The translations under genes were made by a program, and so were the position numbers. Below, piece by piece: positions 13,734 through 26,500 of a DNA stretch of 64,000 nucleotides (position 1 is the stretch's first letter; each line of letters starts with the position of its first letter). This stretch comes from Azolla caroliniana (taxonomy: Eukaryota; Plantae; Polypodiophyta), in assembly GCA_043228905.1 (NCBI GenBank), contig JBHGNT010000008.1, positions 14,012,001-14,076,000 of the forward strand, in the 5' to 3' direction. Under the pieces are notes generated by a model. The model was not told the origin of the DNA and ran no database searches. It was given only the letters and a program-made list of their open reading frames with translations.

Positions 13734-14880
13734 CCTCCGCCTCTAGATCATAGTCTCATAGGCCAACAATTGTCCCTTCAATCCTCATTTGGCTGAAAAC
13801 AGTGATTGCCAAGCTGATTATCCTCTCTACGTTGTTGATCCTGCTACTGCTAGTTACTGCCATAATTACGGTTGTTCACAAAGTGGCCATTATTCGCGTT
13901 GTCGCCTAGCCTCCTCTCGATCCGTGGTTCTTTGGCATACCGAGGTGCATACTCTTACTCATAGTGTTCTCCATCTGTAGTCATCTTCACCTATCTGCCC
14001 TCGGCTGGTCAGAAGCGCTCCTCATAGTAGGGTCGGTCATTATCTTTAAATTGGACCGGTTGGCGGAATCGGTCCTCATTTCGCGGTCGATCATTGTGTG
14101 GCTATTGTTGAGCAGACAAGCTCAACCAAATCCAGATCGACTGAACAAGCCAGAGCTGGATCGGAATCCGGAACGGAGAACCTGATTAGTGTCTGGATCG
14201 CTATCCGGAACCAAGAGCCGGATCAGATTGTAACTGGTAGGCCATTAGAGGCCTACGAATCTAGCCTAGTACATAGGCAAATTCCTTGGAGTCAGTGTAA
14301 GTCGCTCGTATGAGCATTGAAGTCCTTGTCAGTACTTCTGTCAGTCCTTTCAAGGACTTGTAAAAAAAGTGTTCAGTAGGACATTTGTATGTACAAAGTG
14401 TTATTATTTTGAGTTGAGTTTTATGTTGTTCTGCTCTCTCTGTCTCTCCCGCTCTCTGTCTCTGTGAGTCAAGCTTCCATTAAACGTGGTCTCTATTTTC
14501 TGTTGCTATCTGGATAAACCGGTTTGTCAAAGCTTCTGCATATTAACTTTAACATGGTATCAAAGCGCGAGGGTTGAGAACCTCCGCAGCCGACGAGCGA
14601 TTACTGAAGAAAAACCCTAACACCCGGGTAAAAAACGGAAGATGGATAGAGGTATGGTAAGCTTCCTTCCAACAGAGAAGCTTGATAGACACAACTATGC
14701 ATCCTGGTCATATAAGATGCACCAGTATCTCCTCGGACATGGATACTGGAGTTATGTTGAGGGTGCGAATGAATGAAATAGCGTCAGAATCGTCACAAAA
14801 GGAGTTCCTAGTGTCGTGACATTTTTGTGCCACGATGAGAAAATAACCTCTATAAAATTATACGAACTGATTTAAATATT

Positions 14881-14975
14881 AGAGCTATTAAAGCTATTAT
14901 AACTATTAAAGTTATTATAGCTATTATAGCAATTAGAGTTATTAAAGCAATTACCCACTTATTAAGCTAAATACT
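14881..14975 (+). repeat. 9-bp AGCTATTA(A/G/T) tandem repeats in the C LTR (also ~23421-23500)
   Basis: Visible directly in the sequence. Confidence 0.8.
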
Positions 14976-15957
14976 TATTCAAAGTACATTTTTATCAAGT
15001 ATTTTAGCTATTAAATCTATTACCCAATAATGTAGGTGCCTCATATGCATGGGTGACACTTGGCACTCATGCATCCACCTTCCTAATACATGGGTAACAC
15101 TTGCCATTCATGCACCCACTTTTCATGCATGGGTGACACTTGGCACTCATGCACTCACCTTCCTCATGTATAAAAAAGGGAAGAGTAAACTTATCAAGGG
15201 GGGAATAACAATAGAGGTCAAATACTATTGTAATTAGATAGACAAGAAAGACTATTGTAATCACCTTGATATATCAATACAAATTCTATTTTCGTTTCTC
15301 CTCTTTCTTTGACAAGAAGCCTGGTGCTTACTTCCCATATTCATGATTTTCTTTTTTGTTTGCTCTCGTACGATGAGGTCGAGATCACAGTGGTGAACCT
15401 GACATGAAACCAAGGAAGTTAAGCGAGATGGAGAACCAACAAGTTGTCCCAGAGCCACAGATTAACCAAGAAGTCATTGTGGAGCCACAAATCAACGTAG
15501 TGCTACAAATGATTGAAAGAATGATGCAAAGTCAAGAACGTGCAACTGCTCTTCAACACATAAATCATGCTATTGGTAAGCTTGTTGAGAAAATAGGTCT
15601 CTTTGAAGGTAAAAAAATATCTAAATTCTTAGAAGTATATGTTATTGAGATGGGTAGTAAAGGATTAAATCAACATGATGTTCAAATGAATTTTGTGAGG
15701 ATGGTTGAACTCCCTTTGAGAAATAGAGTCCTTGAACTCGCAACAAATTCTAATGATTGGGTTGCATTTGAGCAAGCTTTATTAAATGAGTATACGCTTG
15801 GTTATACAATCTGAGCATCAAGGAGGAGTTTCCTGGATTGGGTGGACAAAGAGGACAAGAAGATTTTAGTGATGGAGTTGTTGAAAGAATTTGATGTTGG
15901 GATTTTCGGTCCCTTCGGATGGGATGTCCGGAGATGAATGATGGCAGGCCTGGTTGC

Positions 15958-16092
15958 GGTTACGGAGCCGGATGACGAAGACCCGGCTACGGAGCCGGAT
16001 GATGAAGACCCCGGTTACGGAGCCGGATGATGAAGACCCCGGTTACGGAGCCGGATGACGAAGACCCCGGCTACGGAGCCGGATGATGAATG
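15958..16092 (+). repeat. 27/28-bp tandem repeats in the U3 region of D-family LTRs
   Basis: TACGGAGCCGGATGA(C/T)GAAGACCC(C)GG(C/T) about 4.5 times, with similar arrays in the other D LTRs. Confidence 0.9.
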
Positions 16093-16604
16093 TACCCGGA
16101 GAGAGATCCGGATGCGGGGACATATTTGTGAATATGTTTGCCAAGGGCCCTTGAGGCTATATTTGTAAATAGCCCGAAAGTCATATGTGTATAAATATGA
16201 CTTAGGGCAAACAGTTTTGCTGTTGTTGCTCATTTTTCTGTTTTCCACTTAGAGAGAGTGAAGAGACCAGCCGAGAGAGAGAGAGAGAGAGAGAGAGAGT
16301 GAGAAAGACGAAGAGGTCGTTGCCTCTGTGTATTACCGCCGCCTGTGGCGAAGACAGTGAGCTCAAGGTTGTTGCCTTGTAGCTTCACCATTGTACATCT
16401 CTGTAATAGTGATAGTTGGAGTTTGAGGACTCCCGTGGTTTTTCCCCATTTAGGGTTTTCCACGTAAAACATCCCGTGTACTCTTCTCTCTATTGTACTT
16501 CGTGCATTTTGTATTTCCTGTTTTCTGAAAGTTGATCCTATTCCTCGGTTGTGGCCGAGCACTGTTTTTCAACAAGTGGTATCAGAGCGACGGCAGTGCA
16601 GAAA

Positions 16605-19600
16605 ATGGAAGGCGGCAGCAGCGGGCAGCCGGGGATGATGGTGCTGAATGCGCAGAACTACGCCGACTTGAAGATAAAGATGGAGGACCTGCTCATTGTT
16701 CGGGACCTGTATGAACCGATCGACAGGTCGGAAATACCCAAGGGGGTACTTGAGACGGAATGGAGGCTTCTGAACCGGAAAGCCGTTGCAACCATTCGGC
16801 AATACGTCGACGTGAGCGTTCTACAACATGTGGCGAACGACACGAACGCATATGAGATGTGGCGGAAGCTGTCGGGCCTCTATGAGAGGAAGAATGCGTT
16901 GAACCGGACCTCCTTGATGAGGAAGATAGTGAATCTCAAGTACCGGGACGGCGAGAGTATGGTGGAACACGTAAGCACGTTCATGGGATTCGTGAATCAG
17001 CTTGCGGCGATCAAGTTCCCGTTGGAGGATGCAATGCAAGCCATCATCCTGATGTGTACATTGCCGGAAAGCTGGGAGAACTTGGTGGTGACTCTCAGCA
17101 CCTCCTGCACAGAAGATAACTTGTCCTTGCAAACGGTAAAGACAAGTATTTTGAACGAAGAAGCGCGTCGGAGAGATAAAGAACCGGCCTCCGACCCGAA
17201 GGCGCTGCTTACCGAATCGGATTGGGGAAGACAATGGAACCGGAGTCCGCAAAGACGGGAGAAGTCGGGGACCCGGTCGCAGTCAAGAGGAAGGCCCACT
17301 TGCTTCCACTGTGGGAAACCGGGGCACTTCCGAAAGAATTGTCGGCATTACCGAAAAGACAACGGAGCCGTCGACACCGATTCGAAGAAGTCACCGGAGA
17401 GAAACGGTGCATACCGGGGAGCCACGGACCGGAGAGGTTCGGATCGGCGAGGGCAGGACCGGAAAGGAACAACGGCACTCGCGGCAAGTGAGGAAGAAAT
17501 CATGCTCATCACCGAAGAAGGTGAACTAAATGTTGCCGGCGATGAGACGACCTGGGTGGTCGATTCCGGAGCATCGTTCCACCTGACCCCGGAGAGAAGA
17601 TACTTCTCATCCTACACAGCCGGTGAGCATGGCTGTGTCCGGATGGGAAATGAAGGTACGTGCCGGATTGCCGGCATAGGAGACGTGTGGCTGATGAATC
17701 AACCGGATGCAAAATGTTGTTGAAGGATGTCCGACACGTTCCGGAGGTTCGATTGAACCTGATTTCGGCCGAGAGGCTAGACGATGAAGGCTACACAGGT
17801 AGCATCCGGAACGGCGTAATGAAGTTCAGCAAGGGGAGCTTGATAGTGGCTCGGGCCCGGAAGGTCAACACACTGTACCTGATGAATTCCCGGCTATGTC
17901 CGGAGGAGCTGAACGTGGCAGCCGACACTGCCGGTGAGCTGTGGCACAAGAGACTGTGCCACATGAGTGAGAAGGGGATGAAGAGGCTTGCAGAAGACAA
18001 CCTTATTCCAGTGAAGCATGTGCACCTGGAGAAGTGCACCGACTGCCTGGCCGGTAAGCAAAACCGGACCTCCTTCCACTCAAGGCCACCGACGAGACGT
18101 AGCGCACCATTGGAGCTGGTGCACACTGACGTGTGTCAAGTAGAAACGAAGTCACATGGCGGAGCCCAGTACTTCGTGACATTCATTGATGACCACAGCC
18201 GGAAGCTGTTGACGGCACCGTTGAAGACAAAGGACCAAGTGTTGGGCGTCTTCAAAGAACTCCACGCGAGAGTGGAAAGGGAATCCGGCAAGAAGCTGAA
18301 AGCGATACGAGCGGATAACGGAGGGGAATACCGGGGGCAGTTCCAGGAGTACTGTCGCTCGAAGGGAATCCGACTCGAGTTTACTGTGCCGAAGACGCCG
18401 GAACTGAACGGGCTAGCCGAGAGGATGAACCGGACCATAATGGAGAGGGTCCGGAGTATGCTGGCGCATGCGAAATTACCCAAGGGGTTCTGGGCTGAGG
18501 CAATGTCGACGGCGACATACGTGATAAACAGATCACCCTCAGTACCTTTGGACGGAAACACGCCGCAAAAAGTGTGGACCGGTAAGGAAGTGTCCTACCG
18601 GCATCTGAAGGTGTTCGGGTGTCTCGCATATGTGCATGTGGCAAAGGACCGGAGAGGAAAGCTAGATCCAAAGACCCGGCCATGCATATTCCTCGGTTAC
18701 GGCGACGACGAGTTCGGCTACCGAGTATGGGACCCGGTCGACAAGAAGATATTCAGGAGTCGTGATATCATCTTCATGGAGGACAAGACACTCGCCGACT
18801 GGGAGTCGGAGAAGAAGATGAAGAGCTCCAAGTCGACCGGTGAGAATCAACTCTACGAGGAGCAGTCCCGACCGGCAAGGGACCGGTTAGCACTCGAGGA
18901 TCCGGCCGAAGACGGTGAAGAAACAGAACCGGCCGAAGAAGATGAAAATGATACCAGAACCGGCCCCGATCCCGAAATGGATTCGGATGAAGAAGAATCG
19001 GAAGAACCGGTTACCGAAGCTCCGGAACGGAGATATCCTCTAAGAGAGAGAAGGGCCCCCCGGAGATTTCCGGAACCAGAGCACGTGCTGCTAACCGACG
19101 AGGGGGAGCCGGAGAGCTTTGAAGAAGCAAAGCATGACACCCAGAGCCGCAGGTGGTTGAGTGCCATGCAGGACGAGATGGATTCCCTGCATGAGAACCA
19201 CACATATGAACTTGTGGTGTTGCCGAAAGGAAAGCGGGCACTACGAAACAAGTGGGTGTTCAAGCTGAAACCGGGAGATGCCGGAAACCCCCCGAGATAC
19301 AAAGCCAGGATCGTGGTGAAGGGGTTTCAGCAGAAGAAGGGCGTCGACTTCGACGAGATATTTGCCCCGGTAGTGAAGATGACCTCCATCCGAACGGTGT
19401 TGAGCATAGCGGCAAGCATGGACCTCGAGGTAGAACAGATGGACGTGAAGACGGCATTCCTTCACGGTGACCTCGAAGAAGAGATCTACATGCAGCAACC
19501 GGAAGGATTCGAGAAGAAAGGGAAGGAGCACCTGGTATGCCGGTTGAAGAAGAGCCTTTACGGACTGAAGCAGGCTCCCCGGCAATGGTACCGGAAGTTC

Positions 19601-20677
19601 GACTCTTTCATGACCGACGAAGGGTACCGCAAAACGCAGTCCGACCACTGCGTGTTTGTGAAGAAGTTCGAAGGAGGAGACTTTCTAATACTCCTCCTGT
19701 ACGTGGACGACATGTTGATCGTCGGACGGGACCAGGTCAAGATACGGATGCTGAAGAAGGCTCTTCACCGAACCTTCTCAATGAAGGACTTGGGTCCGGC
19801 GAGACAAATACTAGGGATGCACATCATCCGGGACCGGAGCAAGAAGCAGTTGTGGCTGTCACAAGAGAAGTACGTAACAAAGGTGCTTCACCGGTTCAAC
19901 ATGTCGGAAGCAAGACCGGTCGGATCAACCCTCCCGGCAAACTGCAAGCTGTCCAGCAAGCAAAGCCCCAAGACAAAGGATGAGAAAGAGGACATGATGA
20001 AAGTACCATATGCCTCTGCCGTCGGAAGCTTGATGTACGCAATGGTGTGTACAAGACCGGACATAGGATATGCAGTCGGAGTGGTGAGCCGGTACATGAG
20101 CAATCCCGGCAAAGAACACTGGAACGCGGTCAAGTGGATACTCCGATACCTAAAGGGCACGGCAAACGTATGCCTCCGATTCGGCTCCGGTAAGCCCGAA
20201 CTCGACGGCTTTACCGATTCGGATATGTCGGCTGATGCAGATACCAGCCGGTCCACATCCGGGTATGTGATGACGTATGCAGGGGGAGCTGTTTCGTGGC
20301 AGTCGAGGCTGCAGAAGACGGTTGCGTTGTCAACCACGGAGGCGGAGTACATGGCGGCCGTTGAAGCCGGCAAAGAAATAATATGGATGAAGGACTTCAT
20401 TAGAGAGCTCGGTATCCGGCAGGAGGAGTACCGACTCTACTGCGACTGTCAGAGTGCCATCCACCTTGCGAAGAATGCGGCCTATCACTCCCGGACGAAG
20501 CACATCCAGCGTAGATACCACTGGATCCGGGAAAGGATAGAAGACAAGGAGTTCGTGCTGACGAAGATCCACACGGACGAGAACGGGTCGGATATGCTGA
20601 CCAAGGTACTTACACCCGACAAGCTGGAAGCATGCCGGAAGAGGATCGGATTGGAGAGACATCCCATGCCGAAGTGA
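16605..20677 (+). pseudogene. D1 Gag-Pol polyprotein with a 1-nt deletion frameshift at ~17697
   Basis: Gag CFHCGKPGHFRKNC and PR WVVDSGAS in ORF 16605-17723. IN, RT (LYVDDML) and RNase H in ORF 17660-20677. D1 reads ATGAATCAACC where D2 reads ATGACATCAACC. Confidence 0.92.
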
Positions 20678-21063
20678 AGGGGGAGTTTGTTGGGATTTTC
20701 GGTCCCTTCGGATGGGATGTCCGGAGATGAATGATGGCAGGCCTGGTTGCGGTTACGGAGCCGGATGACGAAGACCCGGCTACGGAGCCGGATGATGAAG
20801 ACCCCGGTTACGGAGCCGGATGATGAAGACCCCGGTTACGGAGCCGGATGACGAATACCCCGGCTACGGAGCCGGATGATGAATGTACCCGGAGAGAGAT
20901 CCGGATGCGGGGACATATTTGTGAATATGTTTGCCAAGGGCCCTTGAGGCTATATTTGTAAATAGCCCGAAAGTCATATGTGTATAAATATGACTTAGGG
21001 CAAACAGTTTTGCTGTTGTTGCTCATTTTTCTGTTTTCCACTTAGAGAGAGTGAAGAGAGCAG

Positions 21064-21097
<34 letters not shown>

Positions 21098-23575
21098 GAA
21101 AGACGAAGAGGTCGTTGCCTCTGTGTATTACCGCCGCCTGTGGCGAAGACAGTGAGCTCAAGGTTGTTGCCTTGTAGCTTCACCATTGTACATCTCTGTA
21201 ATAGTGATAGTTGGAGTTTGAGGACTCCCGTGGTTTTTCCCCATTTAGGGTTTTCCACGTAAAACATCCCGTGTACTCTTCTCTCTATTGTACTTCGTGC
21301 ATTTTGTATTTCCTGTTTTCTGAAAGTTGATCCTATTCCTCGGTTGTGGCCGAGCACTGTTTTTCAACATTTGAAGCTCGGTATAACCAATTAACAACGA
21401 CCGAAAGGACTCTTTTGGAACCGGAGAAGGACATATTATTCTTGAAGGCATCAGACCGATCCTATTGAGAAAAATTGGTTGCATTCCTTGAAGACTAGAC
21501 TACACCCATTGGTCTAGTGTCCGATTGGAATCGAGTACATGAAGCCTGCAACAGAATCAACAAAAGAGCCCAATGGTGTGAAGATCTTTTGATTGTCGGG
21601 GGTATGAAAGATGAAGTGAAGACAACTATCATGGAGGATATTGGGAGTCTATCAACTATTTCCAAGTTACCCGAAATGGTGATGGACGATCTTATCAAAG
21701 GTATAAAAGATCTTTCATTACATGTTGCAAAGCTACAAGAAGAAAAATCCTCGCAGCCCCAAAAAGATTATGAAAGTAGATGCATATGGTGTGATAGAGT
21801 TGACCATTCAAGAGGAGGGTGTGATAACAATCAAGAAGCGATAGAAAGAGGGGTGATATTCTTCAAAGATGGTAAGATTCATTCTTCTGAAACTCGATTA
21901 CCTCTCTGAACTAACTTTAGAAGAGGTGGTATGAGAAGGATCATTGAAGATGTGGAAACAACTAGGACACAAGTTGTCTATCAACCAACAACTACAGTCA
22001 TCCATGTTGGTGGAGGATCTGAATCTGAATTTTGGCCGTGTATTTTGAAAGTTGCAAGAAAGGGTAAAATTGAGTTTGAAAAGTTGAAGTCTAGAGGCGA
22101 TGTTGTCCGAAGTAATACTGGTTGGGAAGACCCAATGGATGGCCTCTCATCTTTCGCAAAGGTTGTAACAACCCAAGCCCATGAAGTGATCATGGAAGAG
22201 AAACGGAAATGGGCAAAAAATGAAGGTAACAAGAAGAGGGAGCTAAGAAGCACTAAAAAGAGGGAGATAGAAAGTTCAAAAATGGTAAGCCCTGACATTG
22301 AGAAAGGTAAGGATAAGAAGAGTCCCTCGTTCAAATTATTATCTGATATTGAAGCTTCAACTAAATTAAAAAGGTATTGGAAGAAAGCATTTTAGATAGC
22401 AAAGTGGAACTTTCCTTGAGGTAACTTTTGGGCATAGCTAAAAAAGAATTTCATGATGCAATAATAGATGGAATTAAAAGAAAACAACAAAGTATTGAAG
22501 CCATCGAAAACCCAGGAAGTGAAGTAAAGAAAGCAACAGTGGAAGTCCTCAAATGTGAACCAAGCTCTTCCATTGTTGGTACACAAGCTATTACGACGAC
22601 AATTTTTGAAGAGAAACCGAAAGAGCTTAAAAGCTAATATGCTAAGAAACATTGGGCAAGACCAACAACTAAGACACCCGTGGAGATTGAAGATCCAATC
22701 GTGACCTTAATTGACCACGGCTCAGAAATTAATCTAATTTCTTATGATATTTACAGGAAAGGCGGATGGCCAATGGAAAAAAATCATGGGTGGAGGGTAA
22801 AATCGGCTAATTCAATGACTGAGGAACTTTGCTTGCCCAAACATCAAAGTTACCATTGAGATGTGTCAATGGAACAACATTTCTTTATCCAAAAGACCTC
22901 TTCGTACCCAATGATTCTTGGTCAACCATATATCACATCTTCTAGGATGGAGACGAAGGTACTTGAAGATGGCTCAACATATGCTAGGATTTGAAGTATC
23001 GATAGTAAAAGGAGTGTTCAATTTCTTACTGTTAAGCGGGAACATGATAGAAATAAAGAAGAATTATGAATTAGCTCATGTGAACATCATATGGAATCTT
23101 ATGGGTTAAATATTAAGGGAAGATCAAAGCGCTAACTTCCTCAACGAAGATGACATCAATGAAGCTGAAGGAGACATTCATTGGCGCATGCCGGAGGATG
23201 CGCAGGTTTAGAGGGGGGGATGTGACATTTTCGTGCTATAATGAGAAAATAACCTCTATCTAATTATATGAACTGATTAGCTAAGTGATGGTTAATAAGC
23301 TTGTAAAGCACATTCACCATACGATGATAATAGCTAGTTGAATCTACAATAAAACATAATATCGAGTAGAATATTTTAAAGTGAATACCTATTACCAACA
23401 CGCTTGTTATTATCATTATCAGCTATTAAAGCTATTACAGCTATTAAAGCTATTAGAGCTATTAGAGCTATTAAAGCTAGTACCCACTTATTAAGCTAAA
23501 TACTTATTCAAAGTACCTTTTTATCAAGTATTTTAGCTATTAAAGCTATTACCCAATAATGTAGGTGTCTCATAT

Positions 23576-26500
23576 TGTTGAACACCGCGCTCGGCCACAA
23601 CCGAGAAATAGGATCAAATCACAGAAAACAGGAAATACGAAATGCTCCAAGACAATAGAGAGAAGAGTACACAGTATGTTTTACGTGGAAAACCCTAAAT
23701 GGGAAAAACCACGTGAGTCCTCAAACTCCAACTCACACTATACACAGAGATGTACAATGGTGAAGCTACAAGGCAACAACCTTGAGCTCACTGTCTTCGC
23801 CACAGGCGGCGGCAATACACAGAGGCGTCGACCTCTTCCTTTTTCTCTCTCTCTCTCGGCTGCTCTCACTTCGCTCTCTCGGCTAGAACATAAAATGAGC
23901 AACAACAAGAAACTGTTTGCCCTAAGTCATATTTATACACATATGACTTTCGGGCTATTTACAAATATAGCCTCAAGGGCTCTTGGCAAACATATTCACA
24001 AATATGTCCCCGCATCCGGATCTCTCCCCGGGTACACTCATCATCCGGCTCCGTAGCCGGGGTCTTCATCATCCGGCTCCGTAGCCGGGTCTTCGTCATC
24101 CGGCTCCGTAACCGGGTCTTCGTCATCCGGCTCCGTAACCGGGGTCTCTTCATCCGGCTTCATGCCGGGTACTATTCATCATCCGGTTCCGTAACCGGAA
24201 CCGGGCTTGCCGTCATTCATCTCCGGACATCCCATCCGGAGGGACCGAAATCCCAACAAACTCCCCCTTCACTTCGGCATGGGATGTCTCTCCAATCCGA
24301 TCCTCTTCCGGCATGCTTCTAGCTTGTCGGGTGTGAGCACTTTGGTCAGCATATCTGACCCGTTCTCGTCCGTGTGGATCTTCGTCAACACGAACTCCTG
24401 GTCTTCTATCCTTTCCCGGATCCAGTGATATCTTCGCTGGATGTGCTTCGTCCGGGAGTGATAGGCCGCGTTCTTCGCAAGGTGGATGGCACTCTGACTG
24501 TCGCAGTAGAGTCGGTACTCCTCCTGCCGGATACCGAGCTCTCTAATGAAGTCCTTCATCCATATTATTTCCTTGCCGGCTTCAACAGCCGCCATGTACT
24601 CCGCCTCCGTGGTTGACAACGCAACCGTCTTCTGCAGCCTCGACTGCCATGAAACAGCTCCCCCTGCATACGTCATCACATACCCTGATGTGGACCGGCT
24701 GGTATCTGCATCAGCCGACATATCCGAATCGGTGAAGCCGTCGAGTTCGGACTTTCCGGAGCCGAATCGGAGGCACACGTTTGCCGTGCCCTTCAGGTAT
24801 CGGAGTATCCACTTGACCGCGTTCCAGTGCTCCTTGCCGGGGTTACTCATGTACCGGCTCACCACTCCGACTGCATATCCTATGTCCGGTCTTGTACACA
24901 CCATTGCGTACATCAAGCTTCCGACGGCAGAGGCATATGGTACTTTCATCATGTCCTCCTTCTCAGCCTTTGTCTTGGGACTTTGCTTGCCGGATAACTT
25001 GCAGTTTGTCGGGAGGGTTGATCCGACCGGTCTTGCTTCCGTCATGTTGAACCGTTGAAGCACCTTTGTCACGTACTTCTCCTGTGACAGCCACAACTGC
25101 TTCTTCTTCCGGTCCCGGATGATGTGCATCCCTAGTATTTGTCTCGCCGGACCCAGGTCCTTCATTGAGAAGGTTCGGTGAAGAGCCTTCTTCAGCATCC
25201 GTATCTTGACCTGGTCCCGTCCGACGATCAACATGTCGTCCACGTAGAGGAGAAGTATTAGAAAGTCTCGTCCTTCGAACTTCTTCACAAACACGCAGTG
25301 GTCGGACTGCGTTTTGTAGTACCCTTCTTCGGTCATGAAGGAGTCAAACTTTCGGTACCACTGCCGGGGAGCCTGCTTCAAACCATAAAGGCTCTTCTTC
25401 AACCGGCATACCAAGTGCTCCTTCTCTTTCTTCTCGAATCCTTCCGGTTGCTGCATGTATATCTCTTCTTCGAGGTCACCGTGAAGGAATGTCGTCTTCA
25501 CGTCCATCTGTTCTACCTCGAGGTCCATGCTTGCCGCTATGCTCAGCACCGTCCGGATAGAGGTCATCTTCACTACCGGGGCAAATATCTCGTCGAAGTC
25601 GACGCCCTTCTTCTGCTGGAACCCCTTCACCACGATCCTGGCTTTGTATCTCGGGGGGTTTCCGGCATCTCCCGGTTTTAGCTTGAACACCCACTTGTTA
25701 CGGAGTGCCCGCTTTCCTTTCGGCAACTCCACAAGCTCATATGTGTGGTTCTCATGCAGGGAATCCATCTCCTCCTGCATGGCACTTAACCACCTGCGGC
25801 TATGGGTGTCATGCTTTGCTTCTTCAAAGCTCTCCGGCTCCCCCTCGTCGGTTAGCAGCACGTGCTCTGGTTCCGGAAATCTCCGGGGGGCCCTTCTCTC
25901 TCTTAGAGGATATCTCCGTTCCGGAGCTTCGGTAACCGGTTCTTCCGATTCTTCTTCATCCGAATCCATTTCGGGATCGGGACCGGTTCCGGTATCAGGT
26001 TCATCTTCCTCGGCCGGTTCTGTTTCTTCACCGTCTTCGGCCGGATCCTCGAGTGCTAACCGGTCCCTTACCGGTCGGGACTGCTCCTCGTAGAGTTTAT
26101 CCTCACCGGTCGACTTGGAGCTCTTCATCTTCTTCTCCGACTCCCAGTCGGCGAGTGTCTTGTCCTCCATGAAGATGATATCTCGACTCCTGAATATCTT
26201 CTTGTCAACCGGGTCCCATACTCGGTAGCCGAACTCGTCGTCGCCGTAACCGAGGAATATGCATGGCCGGGTCTTTGGATCTAGCTTTCCTCTCCGGTCC
26301 TTTGCCACATGCACGTAGGCGAGACACCCGAACACCTTCAGGTGCCGGTAGGACACTTCCTTACCGGTCCACACTTTCTGCGGCGTGTCCCCGTCCAAAG
26401 GTACTGAGGGTGATCTGTTTATTACGTATGTCGCCGTCGACATTGCCTCAGCCCAAAACCCCTTGGGTAATTTCGCATGCGCCAGCATACTCCGGACCCT

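Larger units (their letters stand above)
15895..21369 (+). mobile_element. Young full-length Ty1/Copia D1
   Basis: LTRs 15895-16574 and 20688-21369 (by eye, 2 substitutions plus one GA unit), TSD TTTGA, PBS TGGTATCAGAGC 16577-16588, PPT GAAGGGGGAG. Confidence 0.97.

Noticed and set aside
15958-16092. Regular ~27-bp repeats as a CRISPR-like array
   Set aside because: They are contiguous tandem repeats without unique spacers, inside LTRs, with no cas genes and a eukaryotic context.
17660-17723. Programmed ribosomal frameshift between the two D1 ORFs
   Set aside because: Sibling D2 has one extra C and a continuous frame, there is no slippery site, and the break falls after the protease core. 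It is a mutation or an assembly error.
17791-20667. Numerous antisense and alternative-frame ORFs shared by D1 and D2
   Set aside because: They are shadow ORFs of GC-rich pol, shared only because the copies are near-identical.
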